NCBI RefSeq assembly: GCF_003704095.1
Contig: NW_020847248.1
Span: 124,001-188,000 of the forward strand
Length of the DNA: 64,000 bases
Reading direction: 5' to 3'
Source: Pocillopora damicornis
Lineage: Eukaryota
The notes beneath the pieces were generated by a model that had not been told where the DNA came from, made no database searches, and worked only from the letters and a program-made list of their open reading frames with translations. A program made the translations under genes and the position numbers. Shown one piece after another: positions 21,201 through 34,000 of the stretch. Numbering within the stretch: position 1 is the first letter of the stretch; the number at the start of each line of letters is the position of its first letter.

Positions 21201-24200
21201 ATTTTCTTGTGTGAAAGAACTGCGAAATATCTGCTCTGGAAGAATGATCACTTAAAATGCATAAAATGCACCCTAAATAATTATTTCATCATGTGAGTAC
21301 GCAGAGACAAACTCGACACGATAGCTCCCCTATAAATGGCAGATCAAAGTTATTCTTGATCAACAGGGAAACAAAAAAGCTCCTTCTTAATTTCAAAACA
21401 AAGGATACGGTAATTTGGCGATTTCAGTGCGTCCTACAGCCTGAATTGGTTGCTCTTCTTTTCCCATCAGTTCTTTCATTCGCAGGAAATGTGATACCAA
21501 AGGACTCCTCCCCAGGAGATTAAAACCGACGCGCTCAAACTCGGGACCTGGGCCGACTTCATGTGACTTGGGAACAAAATATGAAAAATAATGAAAGTGA
21601 AATGAGAACAGAACTAATGAAAAAAAAAACCAAAAACAACAACAACAGCAACAGTAACCAACAGGTAAAGGAACTAAGTCACGATTTTTTGCATCTTGGA
21701 TAATCGAAAAGTTCTCGCACGTGAATCATCTACCATATTCATCTAAGCCCAAGCATCCCACATGTACTTGAACATACTGTTAGAATAAGCAATTCGATAA
21801 GAACTACAATTAAGTCTTGAGGTTCTTCATTTAAAGACCATAGTATTGTGAACAAGGTAATTTGGTATTATCGACTGAGTTGATAATACAAATTGGCCAC
21901 CGTAAAGAGTTTCAAAGCTAACGTTTCGAGCATTAGCCCTTCGTCAGAGCGAATGGAGTTTCACACAGTTTCTTTTTCATTTTCCACAATTTCTTAAGAA
22001 ACTTGCCCCGTTTAGTTTGAACAAGGCTCACAGAGGTTCATAACTGATTCACTAGAAGTCTACTCTAATGATGACTAAAACCTAACCCTAAGCTTTAAAT
22101 CGAAAATCACACTTAACCCTTTAACCCCTGAGCGTGACTAGCATCTAATTTCTCCTTGGAAATAACCCCTCAATGAAACATTAAGGTCATGAGAATAAAA
22201 GAAATGATCACCAACTAAAGAAGCTCTTGATTTTTGAACAAATTCTCCCTGTCAGCACCTTTGGAAATGTATAGAGAACAGTATGGAGAATATGCATACT
22301 GATGTTAGGGTGGAAAGGGTTAAGGAAATAGCGTTGTTGAAGTGCTCTAAGATAAACTTACTTCTGCATTATCGAACGTTGGAATGATTGTCAGTCCCAT
22401 TCTGGAGGGGGAGTACGGAGCAGTGTGTGTCCCAGCTTTCTCCTTACTGGTGGGGACAGTGTCCAAATCATCCAAGTATGAGTCCAGATCAAACGACATG
22501 TTAGCTGAAAATAGTACCAACAAAATGAAAAAGAAACTAATAAACACACACACACAAACACTCTCAGATTTCTTAACACTTCGAAGCATTTAATTGTTTG
22601 GTGCGTCCAGACTATATTTCGAACTCTGAGATTACCAACTACAACAACTGCTGTCCCGTCTCACTGAACAAGGGAATGTGCTGCAGGGACACACGTGCTT
22701 GCATAACCAAGTCGCAGGCATAATGATTACTTGTCATCGTGTTCTACTATTTGCAAAATTCCCTTAGTACCAAATCCTTACCTTTGAGTGACTGAGTCCT
22801 ATCATCTTGCAGTTCTCGAATATTGCTTGGCTCCAAAAGTTTTAGGTTCCATTTCTTCCACGAGAAGGGTGGCGGCCTGGTACCTGTACATTTTAAGGAG
22901 GAGCAGTAAGTGCTTTATTCCTTAATTTCTGTAGAATGACCAACCAGGGTTAATTCTACCCATCTCTGTACAGATGGTATGGCTGTAGCCCATCAAATAC
23001 GATGCCTGTTACCACCCCTCCCCCTTCATTCCGTACTCCATAGCCTGCCTACGACCCAATTGGAATAAAAAATAGAAAACTCGTCAAAATCACTGAAATC
23101 AAAATCTTATTTATAGGGTCAAAACCGTGCGCGGCCAAAAAAAACGCTGATTGAAATTTTTCCTTTTTTTCTGGCAGTCAGTCACATGACATCTGAAGGC
23201 TAATAATCCGACTGAGGAGAAATAGGCACTTTTTTTTATGAAAGAAAAGACCGGAGCAATGACAATAACTTACGTAAATGCTCATTACTGACACAGTTAA
23301 ACTTGGTAAGCAAAGCGCTACAACTTGTTTCATGAGCGTCAATGACAGATCGCCAAATTGATGACACTAAAGCTACACATTTAGTTTATTCTCATTGCTC
23401 GCCATGGCAACCAAAATGGTTGCAGCCTGGAGCGCTGATTTCAAAGCATTTTCTTGTGTGCGTTATGTACCTGTCACCCATTCTGAGATGGTGTTCAGAA
23501 GAAAACTTTTAAAGTCATCATCGAACAACTGATAAGATCTTGGGAAAACCTCACAGTATGCAGCGTACACAGCTTGTGCCAGGCAGTCCGGAAAATACTG
23601 TAATTTAAAAAAACAAACAACATAAAATAACAAGTTGTGTCTACATGCATTGGAGCAGCGCTTTGAAGAGTACTGAATAGATATTCCTGATGGCACTGAA
23701 GGCTGAAGGCTTACGTAACTTTAGTCAAAAGACCAAGGTAATGGCTTAAGTATCTTTGGAAATTTAACGTAACTTTTTCAAGACCGCCATCTGCAATCCG
23801 AGTTAATTTTCTTCATGGTTAACCACCATCGTTCATTTTAGAATAGTTAATACCACTTTTGTGTTCACCTGCCTTAGTAACTGTTATTACCAGGTTCCAT
23901 TCTGTCTTAAAGTAGCTTTTTCCAACACCAAAGTAACAAAAAAAAGTTAAGTGAAACCAAGCGCGCTTAGCTTATAACTGAACTCTTTCTCTTTCTATCT
24001 CCTCTTCCGAGGAACTGATGGTACGTCTCTCTCAAGAACGAGGGCATTGCCACACCGAAAAGATCACAAAAACTTAAAATCAATAGACTAATCACTTTAG
24101 TACTTCATGGATTCACAAAGGGATAGGTACAGCACCTTAAAGATGATAGTTTATTTTACCTGAAAGAACCTGTCCTTAAAATCAGGACTAACACCAAAGA

Positions 24201-27200
24201 ACAAAGCAACAAAACTGTCAGCAATTCGGTTAAACAAGCCATCTTGAGCGTCCTTGGAATCAGGCTAAGAAGAGAAAAATCAGAAGTAAACACACAGATC
24301 TAGAGAATGTTTCCTTATTTCATCAATACACATGCATCACAGCTGGTCTTCCAACTTCAGATCACATAAAGCTTTGTGAAAAATTTAGACAAATCAAGAA
24401 GCGAAATGAACTAGAACAAACAATTTTAGGGATTTCATCAATGAGCGTCTCATGTTTAAGAAGGGCTTTACCTGAAATTTTTCTAGAAAGAACCACCAGA
24501 AAGTATCCTAAGAAGAAAACAAAAAAAAAGGGATTCAACTAAAGTGAGTTTTAAGATAATGATGCATTAACAAAAATTTTAATGAGAATTTAATATTCCT
24601 AGATATGCTATACTAACAGACTGTTTTTTTACAACTGACTGACAAAATGAGTGAACTGATCAAACCAACTAGGCAACTGACCAACTGTCTGATCTTTAAA
24701 GTTGTCACTTGGAAAGATGTATGTATTTTTCTTGAAATGAAAGTTGCCTCATGTACCCTATCACCTATTGATTTTAGCAATACTTTTCCATCTTAAGACA
24801 ATACATGTAACTCCACTAAATCACATGCCAAATGTCCCTGTGAACTGTATGTCAAAACCAAAACAAAATAATTATGAGCTGTTATAAACAGATGTACCTG
24901 CAACAAAATCACAGATCCTTCTGACAAAAACAGTTTCTTCCATCTCTTCCTGAGAATTGACTGGAATAAAATAAAAAGTGGTTGGACACAGATAATTTGA
25001 CCTGTATGTCTTGCTTCTATCTAACAAACTCATGAATAACTTGGAAAAAAAATTTTTAACTAAATCATCAATTGTTGCAAAAAAAAATCCCTCCATAAAT
25101 CAACAGATTGAAGGAGGAGTTAACACAGAGGATTAATTTGGGTTTTAAAGATCATATGCAAATCAAAGGATCCTGAGGCTGCTCTCTCAAAGTTTCTGGT
25201 CACTTAACAGGCCTGTAAAACTGTTCCACTTCCATTCATGATATGGTTTTCAAAATTTTGGAAAATTATACATAAAACTATCAGCTAAAAAAGAAACAAA
25301 ATGGAATGGTTCATGTGGCAGAACCTGCTTTCTATTCTTAGATATTGATTTTAAAATCCACTGCATGGCTGTAGGCCTATTAAGTTACTGGGACATTTGA
25401 GAAACAGGTCCCTGGGTAAGAAAAAAACTGTACCATGATAATAAATTTGATCAATGAACTAGGTGCTATATAAAACAGCCCAGGACAATATTTCGTCATT
25501 AACTGTGAGTAAACAAATTTTTTAAGTAAACCAATTTTTAGAGCTGATCTATCAACCATTAGTCCTTTGTTGCAGCAAATACAGATGTAGAAAAAGAACA
25601 ACTGCAGGTGGCATGGCTTCTTCCTTGTTAATTTCACTTGCTGATAAAGAGAGATTATTCCATAGAAAGTGTGCATGAAACAATTTTAATTCATGAGTAG
25701 GAAAGCATAAAAAAAAAAAGAAAAAGTGAGCGTGGCAAATGAGTGAGTTTTTTGCTGTATCACAACTAGTGAATAAAAATCATTCAAGCACTTTCCATGG
25801 CATAATGTTTTTATTCCATACATACTGGCAGAGATTTTTTCACATTTCAATTCAAAGATTGGAAACAAAGAACTACCCATGAAAATACGCTGTTGGTCCA
25901 ATCAGAGACATGAATGATGTAACTTCACAGTGTAAATCTTAGTATATATGAAATAACTGAACTTTCCACATGGTAGATACCTAGACCTCAGAAACCACAA
26001 CAATTTGTGCCTACATCACACTGACCTACATGACTGAATAAATTTACAGATCAGAATGAAATCCCTGAGTTTCCATGAAATAAATGATACAACTTACAGG
26101 GAATTGTTGAGCCTTTGTAACCCTGTTCAATAGCTGAGGTGCTTCCAGTTGGCCTGGTAATGGTGTTACTTCATGAGGAAAAAATCCAGGGTAAGATGTG
26201 AACTGTATGAAAGAGGAAAAAGATATCCTGTTCAAACATGCAACAAGAATCAGTGTGGGGTGTGTAACTTTGAGCACAAGGTGCATAATGAAAATAATCA
26301 TATCACTGGCAGGGCCTGAGGGCAATATGAAGCAAATACTACATTCTTATTGGCTACCGAGGCAACCAAGATGGGCTAATCAAGTTTGCCTGATGTATGG
26401 AGCAGACTTACAAAGTCTAAAGTTTTTTTTAACAATGCTGGCAATGGAGCCACAAAAAAGTGGTAGAAGAAAATCAAAACAAAGGAAAAAATCAACTCTT
26501 GTAGATTTATTGTGCTACAAACACAGCTGGCTGTCTTTTCCTGCTTGCAGAATAACCTAGTCATTCCTGATCTTAATAAATTAAAATATTCTGCCATATA
26601 CTAAATCCTTTATTGACCAAGCATATTCCGTCAAGATGGTTGGATACTAGCGACTTTGTCTCAGGACATAAAAATGGAAAAAAGAGGGCCAATATTTTCC
26701 AGCCATCTTGACCTCACACCTGGCCAAAAAGTAAACACATTTGTAGAGTCTGACTGAGCTGTACCTGAACACTTTTCATTCTGTTAGCTTGTTCATCTGC
26801 AAGGCCATACTGTTAAAATGAAGACAAACATACATCCAACCTCTGATTTTTGCATAAGATACAATGTTAATTAATGTGCATAACTATGAATCTAAAGGTT
26901 CACATCTCCAAAACTCAATTTTCCTTGAATATATTCAAAAGATATCCTGTCCTAAATTTTTATGCACTTCTTGTTAGGATATCAGTCTTCACTGTAGTCA
27001 GACTAGGTGTTAAGAAATGCAACATGTAATTATTATACTTAAAAATTGGTAATTTAACCAAAAACTATTTTTTTAAATGTCTTTCTTACCAAAGATACAG
27101 CTTTTTCCTTTTTGTTTATCACTTCCGCAGGAATATCTGCACTTGTTTGTAAAGCTGCACAAGATAAAAGTATATACATGTATGTGCATACCCATATATC

Positions 27201-28893
27201 CAGAGATAAAGTTAAAGAAGTTCCCCAAAAAAAACTTGTTAGCCACAATTATAACAGCTATAAAAAAAGTTAATACTGTAGACCAGCTGACCCTTTATAC
27301 CCTGACATAAGTATGCATATTCTTCATGGTGTTTTTTATAAATGTCCTAAGATGCTGACAAGGAGAATTTCTTAAACAATTGAGACCTTTGTTAGTATAT
27401 GATCATTTCCATAATCCTTGTGACCTAAATAACCCTTTAACTCCCATGATCTTATTAGTAATTCTCCTTACTGTCTGCCATACAGTTCTTGTGATGTTAG
27501 TTTGGAGAATTTGGTATTGGATCAACTTATAAACCCCTGACTGATGTTTTTCTCTATTCTCATCACTTGTCTTCTTGACATTGTATTGATATTGGAAGGA
27601 GAAATTCTTTCTTGGTCACTTACAATTCAGTGGTGATACTGTAAGGAGAAATCACAGTAGGTGCTAGTCACTCTCAAGGGTCAGTGGGTTTAGTACTGCA
27701 CTACAAACCAAATCATCTACACCATGCACTCAATAACAGTGATCCTTCTTGACCTCTCTGAGAAGGAAATAATCTACATCTGTGATGTTTATTTACCTTT
27801 CATCATTGCTGGGCTCATTGTCTCAGCTTTACTCTGTGGTCTCTCCTTGTCTGTCAAAACCTGACTTGCATAAACAGTAAGCTTCTTTTCCAATTCTTCT
27901 ATTTCATTGCTTACCTCATCAATCAAGCCAATGTCCAACGCTTATTAAAAATAACCGAGTTAAGAAAAATCATCAATTATTTTTCATTCAAAAAACTACT
28001 AGGCCCATCAACTAATGTAGCACAGATACATGTAAACAATTGTTTCACAGGATAATTCCTACCAAAGAAAATCTGCTCTTATCATGTTCACTCTCCAATA
28101 AACTCGGGTAAGAAATGTACTTTTTCTGTCTTTGATTGGTTCTTTTAATCCTCGTGTGAAGTTACAGTGTATATGCAGATTAAACAGTAACTTCATTGGT
28201 GAAGAAAAACTATTATATGACTATAAAACCATAATCGATCATTTGCTGTGTTCTCAACAACTGGCCGGTTGACTATAAATTGACAAAGTCAGACCTGCCA
28301 TTCTGAGAAATGCGTCGCTGACATTTCAAGCATTTTTCCCTTAGTCATTTGCTCTGATGAAAGACTAACGCTTTCGAAACTTCAGTATTAGAAACTTTTT
28401 ACGGTGGCCAATTCACTTTATCAACTCAGCTGATAAACCAAATTATATCATGTGTAATACACCACACCGACGCAGCACCGCAGTTTCTTTAGAAATGTAT
28501 CCCCTTTACTGAAAAATTTATAACTGAAGGTAAAGAAAATAATACTTACATCTTGGGAGTGAGAGATTTACTTCAAATACTGTACGTTTCTGTGTTTACG
28601 TTTTCTATTGCATGGAGAAGACTAAGATAAATTGAAAGGATACGAGCATGACCCCCCAAATCTTTCATTATTTCTTCCAAACTCCCTAATCCGACAGAAG
28701 CAACTGATATTTCAAACTCCTTTCCAATATCCACATCATCGGGCCATCGTTGTAAACCAGCTGGTCTTCTTTCCAACCATTGCTCATACGTTTTCGGCGG
28801 CTCAGGGGTCGCCGGCTTGTCGGCATGTTTTTCGGCTTCTCCTTTCTCATCATTTTCGTATTTCGCTAAAATAGCTTGTATTCGAGGATCCAT
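18275..28893 (-). CDS. FAM227B: FAM227B-like (FWWh domain) protein, about 16 exons
   Basis: Spliced exons give EPPKTYEQWL..RWP, YPGFFPHEVTPLPGQLEAPQL, WKKLFLSEGSVILLQ/DTFWWFFLEKFQ/PDSKDAQDGLFNRIADSFVALF..KDRFFQ/YFPDCLAQAVYAAYCEVFPRSYQLFDDDFK, WKKWNLKLL and GPGPEFERVGFNLLGRSPLV. The last exon, 18346-18275, reads TQPDHATSGFPKNALEQSSDDDT*. The ATG at 28893 is inferred. FAM227A versus B is not fully certain. Confidence 0.85.
18563..18922. repeat. 28-bp minisatellite (TTGACAAACAGGAGAGGTTTGGGTCGGG)n, about 12 visible copies, interrupted by an N-gap at 18624-18644
   Basis: The tandem units are directly visible. They explain the periodic spurious ORFs at 18486-18903. Confidence 0.95.
19480..19596. 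repeat. Dispersed SINE-like fragment; related copy near 40505-40610
   Basis: Both sites share the string GGCCC..AGCC.GAGCT.AT.C.GGTTT...G.A.TAGGAGTA...CTACTCCC. Confidence 0.45.
21158..21408 (-). other. U12-type (minor spliceosome) GT-AG intron in FAM227B
   Basis: The 5' splice site is GTATCCTTTG (starts at 21408). A TCCTTAAC branch site at 21175-21168 lies 10 nt before the end of the intron, with no long polypyrimidine tract. The frame is preserved (KLP/APAPSY). Confidence 0.9.
21915..21952 (-). ncRNA. Minimal type I hammerhead ribozyme motif in a Penelope-like dispersed repeat
   Basis: The minus strand reads CGCT-CTGACGA-A-GGGC-TAAT-GCTC-GAAAC-GTT-AGC. This gives a CUGANGA core, stem II, GAAA, palindromic ACGU helix III and a GCT/AGC stem I. 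Confidence 0.6.
22113..22323. mobile_element. TTAA-flanked piggyBac-like MITE
   Basis: It starts TTAACCCTTT and ends AAAGGGTTAA, is about 210 bp and non-coding. Related degenerate sequence lies at 37070-37253 and 27345-27690. Confidence 0.75.
27430..27620. mobile_element. TTAA-family MITE copy, truncated at the 3' end and nested in an older related MITE
   Basis: Highly similar to 48984-49195 (AACCCTTTAACTCCCA.GATCT.ATTAGTAATTCTCCTTACTGTCT...GGAGAAATTCT.TCTTGGTCACT). Confidence 0.75.
27941..28643 (-). other. U12-type GT-AG first intron of FAM227B
   Basis: The 5' splice site is GTATCCTTTC at 28643. A TTTCTTAAC branch site lies at 27967-27959 and an AAG acceptor at 27941. The frame is preserved (GHA/PLDIGLID). 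Confidence 0.85.
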
Positions 28894-30934
28894 TCTGCTA
28901 ATTCTAGTATCAAAGATAGTGTTCGTTGACAATCTCTTCTGTAAATCAGCATCTGATCACTGTTTTAAGAGAACGTATGCTTTGCCGCCATCTTTAAGCT
29001 ATGTAACCTGGTCGCCTCTCTTGCAACAAAATGATTGCATAGCAACAACATGATTCTCCCACAATGCACCCGTTACCGGCTGAACGGACCGAAGGACTAA
29101 GGAGAGGATATGAAGTAGCAACAAGACAATATCACTTTACATTCTCTTGGTAGCAACAGCTGCTGAGAAAAACAAAATGTCATCTACCAGTGTATCTGTA
29201 AGGGATAACGTATTATTCTCACCTTCTCGTTGTTTCTTATCGTAAAACGAAAGACTCCACAAAGAAAGAGATCCCTCTTTAGTGAGGGTAATAAAGTCGA
29301 TTCATTGTATTCGACGTTAGGAGAACGTTTCTGTTCTTGTCGCCTCTTTCTGAGCGCTGTGCAATTTCACGGTTTGGAAAAGGTTTGGGCGCCATCTTTA
29401 ACTGGCTGACCATTCGCTCCCATTTCATGCGAGAGCGTTCAATCTCACTGACTAGATGAGGTCCAAACAGATGACTATAAGTGAAATTCATGGCTGTTAT
29501 GTATAGCGCCTTTTAGTTCAGCAGAAAGCCAGTTCTGCAAGAGACAAAATCTGTTCACTTGCCTTGCTATGCACGTGTACAAACTCATCATGAGGGCACT
29601 TAAAATTGAAACCAGGTTTCATTCTTTTTTTTTCGTGGGAATGTGAAAATTCTAGTCGCGCAAGAGTCAGTGATCTTCGTTTTCCTGTTGGCCAGAACCT
29701 GTGTCGCTATCGCCATACGCCCTCCTACGAAAATAGGAATGCATTAACGCAGATTAAGGGCCCTTCTAAAGTAAATTAAAATATCTGTACAATGCCATTT
29801 TCCTTTAGAACTTTTATTTCGATACCGTGACTGTTTTTTTTTTTTTTTTAAGTTCTTCTTAATGAGTAAGTGAGAATTTTAACACGACAGAAGGTAAATA
29901 GATCCACCGGGGACATAATAGAATTAGTAACTTATCGACCTGCTTTTCGACCCTATTCGTTTATACAAGCATATCTTACTTTTAAGTACCCTTATACAAA
30001 GAAGAAATACCGGTTGCCGTTTCACCGTTTCGTTTGCGGTCTGAGGATCTGAGTAGACTCACGAAATTTATTGCATGCCAAATTTCATCTGCTCTGTCAC
30101 ATCATTAATGAATTTTTTGGATTTTCCCTTTCCTGTTTTGTTTTGTCTCATTCCTTCACGTCTTCACTTTTTTCGGCTGGTAAACGCGGAAAACGCTGTC
30201 CTCAAATTTAAGGTTTGTAGTTTCATGTGCGGAAACGGAAAACCACTCTTTCCTTGAACTACATATTAAAAATAGATTAAACGAATGTATCACGAAGTGC
30301 CGAATGATGACATTTATCGTGCACGACCTGACCATAGCTAACGAATATCTTCCTTCCTAAACAATTTTTTAGCTTACAATATCCTTTAATCAGTAAAGAA
30401 CTCGTCAGACATAATGATCATGTTTATATGATGAATATTTAGGACTCACTTTAGCTAATTTTGCTGTAATTTAAACAGCTGATTTATGAAACTTACTCGG
30501 TTAAAGGTTTGATGATTGAAGTAATAAAGATGCAAACATAACAATCATAATATCATCATTGTTTTAAAAAAAGAAGGAACATACCTGTCAGAGATCAGAT
30601 CTTGTCAACGCATTTTTCAAATGACAAAGTACCTTAACTTAATCGTTTTTTGATAACCCCTTGCGCTCGCATACGCTTCAGAAAAGCTCCGGAAATTCAA
30701 AGATTCTTTCACTACCGCTAGCTTCTTGGCAAATTCGTACATGGCTTCTTGTTTGAAGAGCTAGTGACGCACTCGTTTTGGGCAAATACATCAGCTACAG
30801 TGAACGGAGGAGGCCGTTAGTGGTTCAGATTTTGAAGAAGGTACAGCGTTATTTCTCCTTATCCGCTGTATACTGATACATAATTTTTTTTTTCTAATAA
30901 TCTGATAAGCATAAACAAACCCAGTCTCTAAAAT

Positions 30935-31087
30935 GCCCGGCAGTCAGACAAGGTCTTAAATGGACTAAATCTTGGCAGTAAGAAATTGTTTACGCTCGAG
31001 AAGTTTGAACCCTTCAGGGGGGAATTCTGAGAAAATTTTTGACTGCTGAGCATGTAGTCCATTTAAGACCGTACCTGGCTGCTGGGC
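30935..31087. repeat. Fold-back inverted repeat with arms of about 50 bp
   Basis: A perfect 16-bp pair GGTCTTAAATGGACTA / TAGTCCATTTAAGACC is extended by GCCCGGCAGTCAG/CTGGCTGCTGGGC and CTTGGCAGT/ACTGCTGAG. Confidence 0.75.
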
Positions 31088-34000
31088 TTCAGACAAGGCC
31101 TAATTCGAAACCAAGTGGTAAATTTTAGTTTATTATCTCTGTTTAGCTCCTGGTAACTGTCCTCTGCGGAAAGGCCGTCTTATTTCTGTTGTCGTTTTGC
31201 AATTATCCTTGCTGTTACTGACTGAACAACTTTAAGTGCTGAATAGTGGATAAAGAGACAGAGCATCTGAAGGCTTTCATGCTTCTGATTTAGTTTGTCT
31301 TTTGAAAAGAGAAGAAACCAACTAAAAGCCAGCTTTAGTCAGCCTTGCATCTGAAAGGTAAGTACTAGCGAGTCATTTTAGCTTGTAACACCGTTTAATT
31401 GACACTTATCACTGAAAATATTCCACACAAAAATAAATGCATCGCAGAGACGAAGAGCGCGATTGCAGGTAACATATTTAAATGGTAGCCGGTTGTGCGG
31501 GTAAAATAGATTTTAGAATCCACTTTTGTCCACTTTTGACTAAAATTAAATCAGTAGGTGGAAGGTAGCAATTTGCGTCTTCTTAACATAAAGAGAAACT
31601 GAATAATGTGTTAACCGTCCACAAAGAGGTTAATAGCGAAAATATTATAAGGTTATGATGTGCTACAACGCCACAAAGGCAAAAAATACTTGGTTTATCA
31701 ACCTTTTCGAGATCTAAATTAATCTTCGCTGCTTCAAACATTGAAATATAGGAAAAACGTAACTTGCAAGTGTCATGTTTAAAAGCAGACGGCCACAAAA
31801 CGGCGGACACAAACAGTATAAGGTCAAGCCATACGAATAACGTCTGGCGACATTTGTCACTATGTTTCGAGTTGTGACAGTTTTTCGTGTTCCTTTTTCC
31901 CCTTTCTGAGCTGCTATTTTAAGTCACGTGTATGGAGAAAATCAAAGCTAGAACTTTATGTAGGGGCGACTTAGTCTTTAGGTTCCACGATATATTTATA
32001 TTTTTTCTTTAACTCAATTATCCTCCGTTTCCGGTTACGATCAGTTGCTGGAGGTTAGATGAAATCCCTTTCAATTACATTTTTCATTACTACCGAGGTA
32101 ACAGATCAAACAGATGGAGATTCAATTAAAATTCAGTAGTTCAAACTGTTGCTTTCATTGTCGAGTTCCTTTATATAAATTTCCTTTCGGTAACGGAAGT
32201 TTTTTTAAACATTCTTCTGAACTAAAATAAGTTTCTTCCCAGCGCCCGTCAATCTTTTGACATCTACTTGAATTTAAAGAATTCGCTTACTTGAGCATAT
32301 ACATGTGCTAAGAGTGATAATTGGTCAAGGGTTATTTTGAATACAGAAGATCTTTGTTCCAGTCTGTTTCTTCACAAAATAATTTACAATATCAAATGTA
32401 GTCGAACCTATTGTGAGCGCTCACTCACGGAGAATGGCGGGGTGACCGCTTATAGAGGTTCCACAGATTAAGTGTCTTATAAAAAACCACAAACAACACC
32501 ACTTTATGGTATAATTGACCACTTGGTGTATAGAATCTCGCTCATAAACACTACTTTCTTTGATGTGGGGAAAGAAACGTGGATCAAAAATTACTTGAAG
32601 TAATAAAGTTAGTTTTATTTTAGTGGTTCCACTTTCAGTGATCGTTCAATACAGTACAATTTAAAAACCCAATACCTGCTGCAGATATTGGGTCATCATG
32701 GGAACGTCACGCACTTTTGCATATCAGCTGACTGTATACTCTCGACCAAGCAGAATTTTCATAGTAAGTCTAATGCAGAAAAATAGAATTTATCAAAAGC
32801 GAGGTGTCACTGGTGATCAGAAATCTGTTACGCAGTTACCCAAAAGTGAATCGAGGCAAATTGTTATTTCAGAGAAATACACATGTATGTAGCTGAAAAC
32901 GGGCCAATGTCTACATATGTTATTCATCAAAGTATGATAATCGTTGAGTAGACATTTGTGATTGTAATTTACGATAATTGTTTCTGTCTTGAATACTTCA
33001 CTTTAAGCCCTCTTCAAAATTGCATCTGAAATTCAAATTAAAACGATGTAAATGACGACTTTTTTATAAATTTGTGTTCGCTATTTGTAACGATTATCTA
33101 TGGTACAAGTCTCAGTTTTTCTCCATTAACGAAACAAATTACTCGATCAACAAAATATGCAAACACTTTTTCTCTTTATATTGCCTTTATCATCGTTTCA
33201 TTAAAAATGCAAATTCAAAACCGCCAAAAGACGATGTCGGTTAGAATCGTTTCGTTTACTTAAAGCTATATTCTTGGAATAAATATTTTTCATAACGTGT
33301 TTTATTAAGACGGAGTATCTATCTCTCAAGCACCAATTCAGCAGAACGAATTCAAGGCTGATAAATCTGCCCCATAAGCTACATTATCGGACACAAAAAT
33401 GAGAGATTAACAGAGAATCGACTGATGAAATGAGTCTGCTACCTGCGCAAAATAGAATTAAAACTGTTACGTTTCATAATTTGACCGGGTTAAGCTGGTG
33501 AAATGTTGGTGTTTGCCCTGCAATTTATTTTTTTGACGATCATTTCGGAGAATTCTCTAATTGCTAATCACATTTACAATAAAAAATAGAATTGTAATAT
33601 TTTTTAAAAAAACGGCTAAAATTGGACAGATCTCTGATCGTTTGTTTCCTTGCTCGCGAAAACAATTTATCGGTAACATGCGGAGAGTTCTAAAAGAAAT
33701 ATTTTAGTGTTAATTTTCACAAAACTGCTCGTCGGTGCTAATTAATGATTGTAATCAAACAGCATGTGACATGCAGTTGTTTAAATAGTTAGAGATATCA
33801 AGATGATAAGTGAGTTGTAGTTTATTCATTCTCTTTCAACGACTTAGTGTAATAGAGGGTGCGTTATTGAAGGTGTTTGATCGAGATTTCTACGATTTCT
33901 GCCCAAGAACTCAGCTGACCTCGTTTTACAAACACTACGAAAACTTCTGCAGCGGAACAACACCGTATTGCAGGTATAGGAGGAGGCCTTTTGTAAGAGT

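Noticed and set aside
22078-22125. CCTAACCCTAA, telomere-like or telomerase-template-like sequence
   Set aside because: Fewer than two units, next to a MITE end, with no supporting RNA structure.
29176-29491. Possible divergent first exon MSSTSVS|GTAAGG and minus ORF 29279..29491
   Set aside because: No downstream exons or recognisable protein were found.
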